Shown: positions 47,560 through 57,473, counted from the stretch's first letter. The stretch: 64,000 bases of DNA from Occultella glacieicola (GCF_004353825.1 NZ_SMNA01000004.1:186001-250000); one strand, 5' to 3'. Numbers and translations: made by a program. The notes: generated by a model not told the origin, from the letters alone.

Positions 47560-49212
47560 ATGTCACGTTCATGGAAGAGCTTCGAGACAGACCGACGTAC
47601 CGTGCTCAGGGGCGGGGTGGCCGCAGCGGTCGCCGCGCTCGGCGGCAGCGCACTCGCCAGCTGTTCCAGCCCGGGCTCATCGGGCGGCGGGAGCGGCGGC
47701 GGTGCCGGTGCCACCGTGGACCTTCCCACGTTCCAGCAGTACGACGGGGTGCCCCCGGACTTCCCGGCGGCGGCGGAAGGGATGAACGAGGGTTTCCGTG
47801 CCTACCCGGCCAACCCGGGACGGGTGATCGAGGAGGCCCCCGGGGACGGTGAGGTCATCACGTTCATGACCAATATCCCTGGTGCCATCCCGCCGACCCG
47901 GGACGCCAACTCCTTCTGGCAGGCGCTCGAGGAGCGGATCGGATCGCCGCTGGAGATCTCGATGTCCTCCAACGACGAGTACAAGAGCAAGTTCGCCACC
48001 CGCATCGCCGGTGGGGACATCCCGGACATCCTCAACATCCCCAAGGATGTCGCGCAGCTCCCGGATCTGCTCGAGGCCACGTGTCTGGACCTCACGGAGT
48101 ACCTGGCCGGCGACGCCGTGCTGGACTATCCGTTCCTGGCGAACCTGCCGGAACAGTCGTGGCCGGACACCCGGTTCAACGGCAAGATCTTCGCGGTTCC
48201 GGTCCCCCGCGGGATGTCGCGGACGTCCGCCCCGATCTACCGTCAGGACCTCACCGAGGCGGCGGGCATCGCCGACGCGGACCCGGGCAGCTTCGACGAC
48301 TTCATTGCCCTGTGCACCGAGATGACCGCCCCCGGCGCCAACCGGTGGGCGTGGGCGTCGATGCCGTCCCAGTACATCCAGCAGATGTGGGGCACGCCCT
48401 ACCTCTGGGGTGAGGAGGGCGGCGCCTTCACGCACATGTACGAGACCGAGGAGATGCTCGGTGCGATCGAGGACATGATCGCGGTCTGGGCGGCCGGCGT
48501 CGTCAACCCCGACGCCTACACCGCGAGCGGCGGCGCGAAGAAGCAGTGGATCGCGGCCGGCACGGCGGTCTTCGTCCACGACAGCTTCGTCGCGTGGAAC
48601 CAGTTCTACACCGACAACCCGACCGTCACCGAACTGCGCATCAACATGCTGGACGTGCCCGGCCGGGACGGCGGCCAGGGTTCCCCGTGGATGGGCGCAG
48701 CGAACAACAACATCACCGCGTTCAACGCCGAGACGACCCACGACCCCGAGGTCCTGCTCGCGATCGCGAACTGGATGGCCGCCCCGTTCGGCACCGAGGA
48801 GTACCTGTTCCGCAAGTTCGGTGTGGCCGGTGAGCACTACGAGCTGGCCGGCAGCGACCCGGTTCCCACCGCGCTCGGCACCTCCGAGGTGGGGATCGGC
48901 CTGCAGTACATCAGCGACGCCGCGATGGCGCTGTACCTGCCCGGCCGCCCGGACATCCCCGAGACGCAGCACGCGGTGCAGGCGAAGATGGTCGACCGTC
49001 TCGTCACGGACGCGTCCTACGGCCTGTACTCGGAGACCAAGTCCCGGATGAACGCCCAGCTCGAGGGCGCCGTCAACGATGCACTGAACCAGGTGGTGCA
49101 GGGCAACGCCGGGATCGAGACCTTCACCGCCGCCGTCGACACCTGGCGCACGAGCGGTGGGGACGCCATCCGCAGTGAGTTGGAGGAGGCGTATGCCGCA
49201 GAGCACGGCTGA
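47560..49212 (+). CDS. Carbohydrate ABC transporter solute-binding lipoprotein (Tat)
   Basis: DRRTVLRG Tat motif, lipobox LASC, IAGGDIPD, FGVAGEHY; AAGGAG RBS. Confidence 0.92.
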   Translation: MSRSWKSFETDRRTVLRGGVAAAVAALGGSALASCSSPGSSGGGSGGGAGATVDLPTFQQYDGVPPDFPAAAEGMNEGFRAYPANPGRVIEEAPGDGEVITFMTNIPGAIPPTRDANSFWQALEERIGSPLEISMSSNDEYKSKFATRIAGGDIPDILNIPKDVAQLPDLLEATCLDLTEYLAGDAVLDYPFLANLPEQSWPDTRFNGKIFAVPVPRGMSRTSAPIYRQDLTEAAGIADADPGSFDDFIALCTEMTAPGANRWAWASMPSQYIQQMWGTPYLWGEEGGAFTHMYETEEMLGAIEDMIAVWAAGVVNPDAYTASGGAKKQWIAAGTAVFVHDSFVAWNQFYTDNPTVTELRINMLDVPGRDGGQGSPWMGAANNNITAFNAETTHDPEVLLAIANWMAAPFGTEEYLFRKFGVAGEHYELAGSDPVPTALGTSEVGIGLQYISDAAMALYLPGRPDIPETQHAVQAKMVDRLVTDASYGLYSETKSRMNAQLEGAVNDALNQVVQGNAGIETFTAAVDTWRTSGGDAIRSELEEAYAAEHG

Positions 49213-50188
49213 GCGGACGGCGCCGCCCGCGGTCGCGGCCCGCCCGGGGCCGCGGGCTGGTACGCCGCCACGGCGCCACCTCTCCTGGTGGCGGAGGCTG
49301 AGCCGGGACCGGATGCTGGTGCTCTTCGCGGTTCCGGGGATGCTGGCCGCGCTGCTGTTCCAGTACGTTCCTCTGCTCGGGAACGTGATCGCCTTCAAGG
49401 CCTACCAGCCGTTCCTCGGCATCGCCGAGAGCCCCTGGGTGGGGTGGGAGAACTTCCGCGCCATCCTCAGTGGCGACCCGGCGTTCCTGGCCGCCCTGCG
49501 CAACACCCTGATCCTGACCGGGCTGCAGGCATTGCTGGTGTTCCCCGCGCCGATCGTGCTGGCGCTGCTGCTGAACAGCCTGTTCTCGGACAAGATCAAA
49601 CGGATCGTGCAGAACGTCCTGTACCTGCCGCACTTCCTGTCCTGGGTGATCGTCGTCGCGGTGTTCCAGCAGATGCTCGGCGGCAGCGGGCTGTTGAACA
49701 ACTTCCTGCGCTCCCATGACATGGCCGCGCTGGAGATCATCGGCAACCCGGACGTGTTCCACCTGCTGCTGACCGCGCAGATCATCTGGAAGGACACCGG
49801 CTGGGCCACGATCATCTTCCTGGCGGCCCTGTCCACTGTCGATCCGCAGCTCTACGAGGCGGCCGCCGTGGACGGTGCGGGCCGGCTCCGGCAGATGTGG
49901 CACATCACCCTGCCGGCGCTCAAGGGCGTGATCATCCTGCTGTTCATCCTGCGGCTGGGCGACTCCCTGTCCGTGGGCTTCGAGCAGATCATCCTGCAGC
50001 AGGCCGCCGTCGGGCGCGGGGTCAGCGAGGTGCTGGACACGTACGTCTACAACAACGGGATCGTCGGTGGCCAGTGGGGCCTGTCCGCCGCGGTCGGCCT
50101 GGTCAAGGGCGTGGTCGGCGTGATCCTCGTCCTCGGAGCGAACAAGCTCGCCCACATCTTCGGAGAGCAGGGGGTCTACAAGTCATGA
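49193..50188 (+). CDS. Carbohydrate ABC transporter permease
   Basis: YLPHFLSWV, EAA loop LYEAAAVDGAGR. Confidence 0.95.
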   Translation: MPQSTAERTAPPAVAARPGPRAGTPPRRHLSWWRRLSRDRMLVLFAVPGMLAALLFQYVPLLGNVIAFKAYQPFLGIAESPWVGWENFRAILSGDPAFLAALRNTLILTGLQALLVFPAPIVLALLLNSLFSDKIKRIVQNVLYLPHFLSWVIVVAVFQQMLGGSGLLNNFLRSHDMAALEIIGNPDVFHLLLTAQIIWKDTGWATIIFLAALSTVDPQLYEAAAVDGAGRLRQMWHITLPALKGVIILLFILRLGDSLSVGFEQIILQQAAVGRGVSEVLDTYVYNNGIVGGQWGLSAAVGLVKGVVGVILVLGANKLAHIFGEQGVYKS

Positions 50189-51132
50189 CCACGTCCCGGA
50201 CCGTCAGCCCTGCACCTGCGGGCCGAACACCGCGTCGCCGGCGTGGCCGGCGGCTCGTCCTCGGCACCCCGCTGCCGCCCTGGCCGGTGCAGGCGGCCAA
50301 GGCCCTGGTGCTCGGCATCTTCTGCGCCCTGGTGATCGCGCCGTTCGTGGCGATCGTCTCCACCTCGATCGCGCCTCGCGACCAGATCTCCCGGGCCGGG
50401 GGACTGGTGCTGTGGCCGGACGCGGTCAACGTGGACGCCTACCGGTCGATCCTCTCCGGCGGTGTCGTCACCCAGGCGGCGCTGATCAGCGTGGGTGTCA
50501 CACTCGTCGGCACGGCGATCAGCCTGTTCACGTCCTGCCTGCTCGCGTACGGGCTGTCCCGGCCGGGCTCGTTCGGCAGCCGGGGCATGCTGCTCGTCGT
50601 CCTGTTCTCGATGCTGTTCTCGGCCGGCATCATCCCGACCTACCTGCTGGTCCGCGGCCTCGGCCTGATCGACACCCTCTGGGCGCTGATCCTGCCCACC
50701 ATGATCAGCGGGTTCAACGTGGTGGTGCTGCGCTCGTTCTTCATGAACATCCCGGCCGAGCTGCTCGAGAGCGCCAGGATCGACGGCGCCGGCGAGTGGC
50801 GGATCTTCTCCGGGATCGTGATCCCGTTGTCGAAGGCGGTGCTCGCCGTGATCGGCCTGTTCTACGCGGTCAGCTACTGGAACGCGTATTTCAACGCCCT
50901 CATCTACCTCAACGACTCGGGCCTGTGGCCGCTGCAGCTCGTGCTGCGCACCTACGTGATCAACGAGACGGCGCTGTCGAACACCGACCTCAGCGTCGCC
51001 GAGAACCTGCCCGCCCAGCCGTCCCTGCAGATGGCGATCCTGGTGGTGTCGCTGGTGCCGATCCTGATCCTGTACCCGTTCCTCCAGCGGCACTTCGCCA
51101 AGGGAATGATGATCGGCGCCGTGAAGGGCTGA
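50185..51132 (+). CDS. Carbohydrate ABC transporter permease
   Basis: ELLESARIDGAGE, YPFLQRHFAKGMMIGAVKG; ATGA overlap. Confidence 0.95.
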   Translation: MTTSRTVSPAPAGRTPRRRRGRRLVLGTPLPPWPVQAAKALVLGIFCALVIAPFVAIVSTSIAPRDQISRAGGLVLWPDAVNVDAYRSILSGGVVTQAALISVGVTLVGTAISLFTSCLLAYGLSRPGSFGSRGMLLVVLFSMLFSAGIIPTYLLVRGLGLIDTLWALILPTMISGFNVVVLRSFFMNIPAELLESARIDGAGEWRIFSGIVIPLSKAVLAVIGLFYAVSYWNAYFNALIYLNDSGLWPLQLVLRTYVINETALSNTDLSVAENLPAQPSLQMAILVVSLVPILILYPFLQRHFAKGMMIGAVKG

Positions 51133-51206
51133 TCCCGAACCATCTCTCGATGAACCCGACCCGACTCCGCCGATCCTCGAACCCCCCTGCCTCAGGAGCC
51201 CCTCAC

Positions 51207-52310
51207 GTGCCTGCGCCCATCACCGTCTTCGAACGCGATACCCACGGCTACCAGTGCTTCCGGATCCCGGCCCTCGTGCGGACCCCGGCCGGCACCCTCC
51301 TCGCGTTCGCCGAGGGCCGGATGCCGGCGATCCACACGGACGCCTGGTGCCACGACGCCGCCCCGATCGACCTGGTCCTGCGCCGCTCCACCGACGGCGG
51401 CCAGACCTGGGGGCCGCTGCAGGTCCTGCTGCGCGGCGCCGGCCGGGACGACTCCGGGCTCACCGGCCCGGACGGGCAGGCGACCCGCGGCAACCCGGCG
51501 CCGGTGGTCGTCGCCCGCGGCCCGCACGCGGGCCGGGTGGCACTGCTCAGCTGTCACAATCCCGCGGGAGTGCGGGCGCGGACCCCGTTCGCCCAGGTCA
51601 GTGACGACGACGGGATGACGTTCACACCGGCTCGGAACATCTCCCACGTACTGCCCGACGGCGTGGGCTGGTTCGCGACCGGGCCGCAGCACGGGTGGCA
51701 ACTCGTCGAGGGCCCGCATGCGGGTCGCCTGGTCGTCGGCATCAACTACGACGTCGACGGCGCCCGCTACGGCGGGCTGCTGTGCAGCGACGACGCCGGC
51801 GGGACGTGGTTCCGCGGGGCCTGCAGCACGGGTGCCGACCCCGAGGACATCCCGCAGGAACTCGGCCTCGTGGAGACGTCGGGAGGCCGGCTGCACGCGT
51901 TCGCGCGGCAGAACTCCCACGCACCGCTCACCCGCCAGCATGCGGTCTCCTTCGATGGTGGCGAGAGTTTCGACGGCCCGTTCGCGGGGGTGCCCGACCT
52001 GATCACCACCCCGAGGATCCAGGGCTCGGTCGTCCGGGTCGCCCCCGTCGGCGAGCCGGCGCCGTCGGGCACCCCGATCCTGTTCAGTTCCCCCGTTGAC
52101 CCGGACACCCGCCGCACCATGACGATCTGGCGCAGCGACGACGATGCGGCGACCTGGTCGGAGGCCGAGCGGCTCAGCGATGACCGGGCCGGCTATTCGG
52201 ATCTGACCGTGCTGGCGCCGGGCGCCGTCGGGATCCTCTACGAGACGGGCGCCCACCCGGACGGCGACGCCCGTGACACGATCCGGTTCGCCAGGATCGC
52301 GACGCCGTAG
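51207..52310 (+). CDS. Second GH33 sialidase-family protein, no signal peptide
   Basis: FRIP, EGR, STDGGQTW / SDDDGMTF / SDDAGGTW / SFDGGESF / SDDDAATW Asp boxes, GYSD; AGGAG RBS before GTG 51207. Confidence 0.92.
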   Translation: MPAPITVFERDTHGYQCFRIPALVRTPAGTLLAFAEGRMPAIHTDAWCHDAAPIDLVLRRSTDGGQTWGPLQVLLRGAGRDDSGLTGPDGQATRGNPAPVVVARGPHAGRVALLSCHNPAGVRARTPFAQVSDDDGMTFTPARNISHVLPDGVGWFATGPQHGWQLVEGPHAGRLVVGINYDVDGARYGGLLCSDDAGGTWFRGACSTGADPEDIPQELGLVETSGGRLHAFARQNSHAPLTRQHAVSFDGGESFDGPFAGVPDLITTPRIQGSVVRVAPVGEPAPSGTPILFSSPVDPDTRRTMTIWRSDDDAATWSEAERLSDDRAGYSDLTVLAPGAVGILYETGAHPDGDARDTIRFARIATP

Positions 52311-52354
52311 GGCCCGTCGAGGCGGTCACCGGAATCGCTGAGGGACGGTACGTG

Positions 52355-52564
52355 CTATCCGCCCCGCGCCGTTCGATCGGTGTGATGCTGCTGCAGGAAC
52401 TCGAGCACAGGCGGCCAGACCCGGTCCGGATCGTTCATCGGAGCGGCGTGCCCACGTCCGGCCAGCTTTATGAAGTCGGCGTCGGGGATCGCTTCGGCTA
52501 CGTCGCGGGCGCGCTCGGCGAAGGTGTCGGCATCGAGCGCGAAGGCCATGAGGAGCCGGGTCAT
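52355..52564 (-). pseudogene. C-terminal remnant of an alpha/beta hydrolase
   Basis: VAEAIPDADFIKLAGRGHAAPMNDPDRVWPPVLEFL is a typical hydrolase C-terminus with catalytic His; no recognisable N-terminal part upstream. Confidence 0.6.
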
Positions 52565-52664
52565 GCGGCGCCGGTCGAGGCACCGCGACGGTCGAGCCGC
52601 CGCGACGCCGCCTGCTGATGCCGGGAAGCGGTCGTTGGTGCAACGAGGGTGGCTCGGACCCTGG

Positions 52665-52693
52665 TTGACAGGCGTGGGGATCGCGAGCAGCAT
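52665..52693 (+). promoter_or_regulatory. Sigma70-type promoter preceding a ~150-nt leader
   Basis: TTGACA-N17-CAGCAT. Confidence 0.6.
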
Positions 52694-52699
52694 CAGGGA

Positions 52700-52851
52700 C
52701 AGGCGTCGACCAGCGCCCAGCCCGTGAGGACTCGTCCCAGCCGATCCTCATCCGGGTGAAGGGGATCTCTGCCCTCAGGTCGGTCAAGTCGAGTCGAGCC
52801 TGTTTCGAGTGCCGTGCAGCTGGGGCGAAGGCACGTCGAGGAGGGCTTGTC
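52700..52851 (+). ncRNA. Candidate structured cis-regulatory 5' leader
   Basis: Nested complementarities: cgcccagc/gctggggcg, gactcg/cgagtc, gatcc..tca/tga..ggatc, gtgcc/ggcac, ending at the GAGGAGG RBS. Confidence 0.4.
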
Positions 52852-54009
52852 ATGACGAAGAGCGGCAGTTTCAAGCGCGCGGTTCGCGATCACGCACGCA
52901 GGACCGGGCAGCGCTACACCCAGGCGCGGGCAGACCTGGAGGACATCAGTCGGCCGTTCGCCGACACGCGGCCCTTCGACCCGGACGCGCTGACGGTCCG
53001 CCTGGAGTCGAGGTACGGGATCCGCATCACCTCGATGCTGCCGATCGACGATGACCCAAGGACGCGGCCTCGGGGCTCTTGGCCCGGCCATTACCCCTCG
53101 ACGTTGATCGTCGAGCGCGAGCGGGGAGCCCCCTGGATCGCCCGGGTGTTCTCGTCGCCGGCCGACCGGGTCAGCCGCGTACAGGAGGACGCCGAGATCC
53201 TCCGCTTCCTCGCGGATCACGGCTTCCCCGCCGAGCGGTCCGCGGTCGACGACGCCGTCTCGGTGATCGACGGCAGCGGAGTGCTGCTGACCGCGTTCAT
53301 CGCCGGCGGGCGGCCGACCGACGCCCACGGTCGAGTGACCTCGCCCGAGGTGCTCCACGAGTTGGGGAGCCTGCTGGGCCGGCTGCACAACTTGCCACCG
53401 GTTGGCGGCGCAGCTGCCCGTGACGGCGGCTCGGAGGAACACGACGGCGGCTTCCACGTCGGACGGCCTCGGCAGGACCTCGTGGCTGCGATGCGGTTCC
53501 TGGTGAGCGTCGAGGACAGGGTCGCACCGGCGGGGAGGGCGACGTTCGAGCGACTGCGTGATGACGTCGAGTCCGCAGACGACGCCGAGGGTCTGCCCGA
53601 AGCATTCACGCACGGAAACTTCCACGCGTGGGCCGCCGTCGGTGTGCCCGGCGAGCTCAGCATCGTCGGGTGGGCGGGGTCCGGTCGTGGCCCGAGACTG
53701 CCGGCGCTGGCGTGGCTGCTGCGCACGGCCTCGGAAGGTCGACCCGACTTCGTCGATGCCGTGATGCACGGCTACCGCGAGCACGTCTCATTGACCGACG
53801 AGGAGGTCGACCGGCTGCCGGCGGTGCTCAACATCCGACCGCTGTGGTTGGCGTGCCTGGAGTACCGGGAGGCGGTGCGTGCCGGGCAGACGCCCCTGTT
53901 GGACGACGACGGAGGCTACGGCTTCCACCGTCCGGAACGATCCGAGCACCTGGCAGCGCAAGTGGTCGCGGCACTGAGCGACCCGCCGCACCGGTCAATC
54001 CAGCCCTGA
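52852..54009 (+). CDS. APH-fold phosphotransferase homologue with basic N-terminal helix; catalytic motifs degenerate
   Basis: DAEILRFLADHGFPAER, LGSLLGRLH, FTHGNFHAWA, IVGWAGSGRGPR; N-terminus MTKSGSFKRAVRDHARRTGQRYTQAR. Confidence 0.8.
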   Translation: MTKSGSFKRAVRDHARRTGQRYTQARADLEDISRPFADTRPFDPDALTVRLESRYGIRITSMLPIDDDPRTRPRGSWPGHYPSTLIVERERGAPWIARVFSSPADRVSRVQEDAEILRFLADHGFPAERSAVDDAVSVIDGSGVLLTAFIAGGRPTDAHGRVTSPEVLHELGSLLGRLHNLPPVGGAAARDGGSEEHDGGFHVGRPRQDLVAAMRFLVSVEDRVAPAGRATFERLRDDVESADDAEGLPEAFTHGNFHAWAAVGVPGELSIVGWAGSGRGPRLPALAWLLRTASEGRPDFVDAVMHGYREHVSLTDEEVDRLPAVLNIRPLWLACLEYREAVRAGQTPLLDDDGGYGFHRPERSEHLAAQVVAALSDPPHRSIQP

Positions 54010-55743
54010 CGGACGGCCCGTCCACGCGCGCCAGAGCGCGGCGTACGCACCGTCGGCCGCGGACAGCTCGTCATGGGTGCCGAGCTCGGTCAGGCGGCCG
54101 GCGTCCATCACGGCGATGCGGTCGGCGTCGCGAGCCGTGTGGAGCCGGTGGGCCACGGCGATCACCGTACGGCCCTGGGCGGTGGCAGCGAGCGCGCGTT
54201 CGGTGTGACGGGCCGCGCGGGGATCGAGGAGTGCGGTGGCTTCGTCGAGGACGATGGTGTGCGGGTCCGCGAGAAGCACGCGGGCGAGAGCGACATGCTG
54301 GGCGTGAGCGCCGCTGAGCTCGTGGCCGCCCAGGTCGGCGTCGAGCGCTTCCGGGAGCTCGTCCACCCAGTCGGCGCCGACCGCGTGGAGCGCGGCGATC
54401 AGGTCGTCGTCGCCGGCGTGCGGCGCCGCGATCGTGAGGTTGTCGCGCAGGGAGTCGGCGAAGACATGGTGCTCCTGCGTGAGGAGCACGACATGGTTGC
54501 GAAGTTCGGAGGCTGGGAGGTTCGCGGTCTCGACGCCGCCGACGGTCACCGACCCCTGGCGCGGGCGGTCGATCCCGGCGATGAGGCGCCCGAGCGTGGT
54601 CTTGCCGGCCCCGGACGTGCCCACGATCGCGAGATGCTCACCTGCCTGCACGTCCAGGCTCACGCCCTCGAGCACATCGCCGGTCTCCCCGTAGGCGTAG
54701 TAGACATCGGTGATCACGATGCGCTCGTCGACCGGTGACGGCGCGCTCGGTGCGGGGGTCCGCTCACTCTCGGCGCCGAGACCTTCGACGCGCGCGAACG
54801 AGGCCAGGCTGCTCTGCAGCGTCTCGACCCAGATCATGATCGTGTCGATCGGTCCACTCAGCTGGCGCAGGTAGAGGGTGGCGGCGACCACGGCGCCGAG
54901 GCTGATGGCCTGATCGAGGTAGAGCAGACCGCCGACACAGAACACGGCGCCCACGGCGAGCGCCGTCGAGACGTCGATGGTCGGGAAGAGCACCGTGCGC
55001 AGTCGCAGCGTCCGGAGCTGGGCGGTGGTGGCCGTGGCCACGGTGTCTGCGCAGGCCCTCCGACGACGCTCCTGCAGCCCGAGGAGTTCGACCGTGCGAG
55101 CGCCGGCAGCCGTGGTGGCCAACGCATCGGCGACCTCGGCATGCGATGCGCTCTGGGCCAGGTACGCCGGGCGCGCTCGCCGCAGGTACCAACGCAGCAC
55201 GAGCGGGATCGCGAGCAGCGCGACCAATGCCACCCCGCCCAGCACCGGTGAGAGCAGGAGCAGCGCGGTCAGCACGATCATCGCTTGGATCAGCGCGAAC
55301 AGCACCTCCGGCGCGGCATCACGCAGAACCGTGGCGACAAGTCCGGCGTCGGTGGTGGCCCGCGAGGTCAGGTCCCCGGTTCCGGCCCGCTCCACCGTGC
55401 GCGCGGGCAGCCGCATCAGCCTGTAGGTCAGCTGCTCGCGCAGGCGCGCGGCCGTTCGTTCACCGAAGCGGTATCCCAGATAGCGGGCGAGGTAGCCGAG
55501 AGCGAACTGCCCGACGGCGGCCAGCACCACGAGCAGGCCGAGCCGGTCGATCTCGGCGAGCCCATGGCCGGCCTGGACGCCGTTGACGATCTGTCCGACC
55601 AGCCACGGGGCGAGGAGCCCCGCCGCGGCCGCGGCACAGTTCGTGCCGATGACGGCGGCGAACGTGGCTCGATCCGCGCGGACCAGACTGGCCGCTGCGC
55701 GGCGGACCTCGGCGGGAGTCGCGATCGGGAGCGGCGCACTCAC
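53995..55743 (-). CDS. ABC exporter half-transporter (heterodimer partner)
   Basis: GTSGAGKTT, LSGAHAQ (degenerate signature), VLDEATALLD, VAHRL. Confidence 0.92.
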   Translation of the reverse strand: MSAPLPIATPAEVRRAAASLVRADRATFAAVIGTNCAAAAAGLLAPWLVGQIVNGVQAGHGLAEIDRLGLLVVLAAVGQFALGYLARYLGYRFGERTAARLREQLTYRLMRLPARTVERAGTGDLTSRATTDAGLVATVLRDAAPEVLFALIQAMIVLTALLLLSPVLGGVALVALLAIPLVLRWYLRRARPAYLAQSASHAEVADALATTAAGARTVELLGLQERRRRACADTVATATTAQLRTLRLRTVLFPTIDVSTALAVGAVFCVGGLLYLDQAISLGAVVAATLYLRQLSGPIDTIMIWVETLQSSLASFARVEGLGAESERTPAPSAPSPVDERIVITDVYYAYGETGDVLEGVSLDVQAGEHLAIVGTSGAGKTTLGRLIAGIDRPRQGSVTVGGVETANLPASELRNHVVLLTQEHHVFADSLRDNLTIAAPHAGDDDLIAALHAVGADWVDELPEALDADLGGHELSGAHAQHVALARVLLADPHTIVLDEATALLDPRAARHTERALAATAQGRTVIAVAHRLHTARDADRIAVMDAGRLTELGTHDELSAADGAYAALWRAWTGRPSGLD

Positions 55744-57473
55744 GAGGCTTCGCCTTCGTCGGGCTTGTTGGGCTTGTCCGGATCGGTGGTCTCCCCACGT
55801 AGGACGAGAGCCGCGTAGGCGGGCTCGTCACGGATCAGGCCGGCGTGAGTGCCGCTCGCGACCAGCCGGTCGCCGGCCACGAAATGGACGTGATCGGCCT
55901 CCGCCAGCATCAGGATCGACGTCGAGGTGACCACCGTGGTGCGGCCCCGACGCGCCCGGACCAGTCGCGCGACGACGTTGGCCTCGGTGGCGGCATCGAC
56001 GGCGGAGGTCGGATCGACCGCCAGCAGCACCCTCGGCGTGGCCAGGACCGCCCGGGCGAGCCGCAGTCGTTGCCGTTGACCACCGGAGAGGTTGCTCCCG
56101 TGGGAGTCGATCCTCGACTCCAGACCGTCCGGCAGGGCGTGCACGAGATCGTCCGCCGCAGCGACGTGCAGGGCATGCGGGACCACGTCCTCATCGACGT
56201 CGTGAGCGCCGGCCACCACCTCGCCGACCGTCCCCGCGAAGAGCTCCGCGTCGTTGTCGGCCACCAGGACCTGGCGACGGAGCTCGCCGGGACCCATCTC
56301 GGCCATCGGCTCACCGTGCCAGGTCCCTCCCGGGCGCAGGCCGCCGAGCCGGTCGACCAGCGCCACCGCATCGGCCTGCCGCGACGTGGCGATCACGGTG
56401 AAGGCGCCCGCTGCGACCTCGAGGCCCGTGACCGAGTCGATGAGATCGCCGTGCGCCGGCACCGCCCCGGGCCTGACGCCGTCGCCACGCTGCAGCCTGA
56501 GGAAGTCCGTCACCCGGCGGCCGGCGACAAGCGCGCGACTGAGATCGACGGCGCCCTCGATGAAGGACGATACCGGGACGACCAGGAGGGCGGCATACCC
56601 GAAGACCGCGACCAGTTCGCCGATGGAGATCTCGCCCTCGACGGTCAGCCGCGCCGCCAACCACACCACCACGGCCACGAACAGGGTCGGCACGCCCAGG
56701 GCGGTCGCCTGGATCAGGCTGGTGACCCGCCCGACCCGGTAGCCCTGGTGCTGCAGCTCGTGGGACGCCCGCCGGAACCGGTCGGCATAGACCTCCTTGC
56801 CGCCCAGACCGTTGAGCACGGTCAGTCCGTCGATGATGTCGACGATCCGGCCGGTCAGTGCGCCCTGCTGAGCGCGGTACTGCGCACCGACCGCCTGCAA
56901 CGGGCCGAGCGCTGGCCCGAGGATCAGTGCCAGGACCGGCACACCGCAGATGACCACGACGGCCAGCAGCGTCGAGATCTGGAACAGCAGTACCGCGATC
57001 ACCACATACGCGACGGCGGCTCCCACGCCGGGCCCGGTCACCGTGAGGCTGCGGCCGAGCGTCCATGCGTCGACGGTCCCGATGGCCACCACCTCTCCGG
57101 CGCGGCCTCGCCGCTGCTGGGCGGCGCCGAGCCGGATCGACTGTGCTGCGAGCGTCGTCACCGTCCGGAACGCGGCGTCCATGCGTACCTTCGTCATCGT
57201 CCGGTGTCGCCAGATGCCCAACCAGGCGAGCACCGCACCCGAGCCGACCAGGGCCGCCGACTACGCGAACACCGCACCCCTGTCGGCGTCGGCGAGACTG
57301 TCGACGGCTCGCGCGAGCAGGTACGGCGGGAATACCAGGCCCACCATCCAGACGGTGCCGAGGAACGCCCCCAGAGCCACCCTCCGGCGTTGCCGGAGCA
57401 CGAGCCACGCCAGGTACGACCACGGCCCTCGGAATGTCGGAGCCCGCTGCTCGGCGTCGGCGGGACTCGTCAT
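55740..57473 (-). pseudogene. ABC exporter half-transporter interrupted by an in-frame TAG
   Basis: ORFs 57261-57473 and 55740-57233 share a frame: ...GAVFA-TAG(57263-57261)-SAALVGSGAVLAWLG...; LSGGQRQR, DPTSAVD, no canonical Walker A. Confidence 0.8.

Noticed and set aside
57261..57263. Pyrrolysine or programmed amber readthrough
   Set aside because: No pyl genes seen, and the site is in a TM region where Trp fits; a point mutation or sequencing error is simpler.
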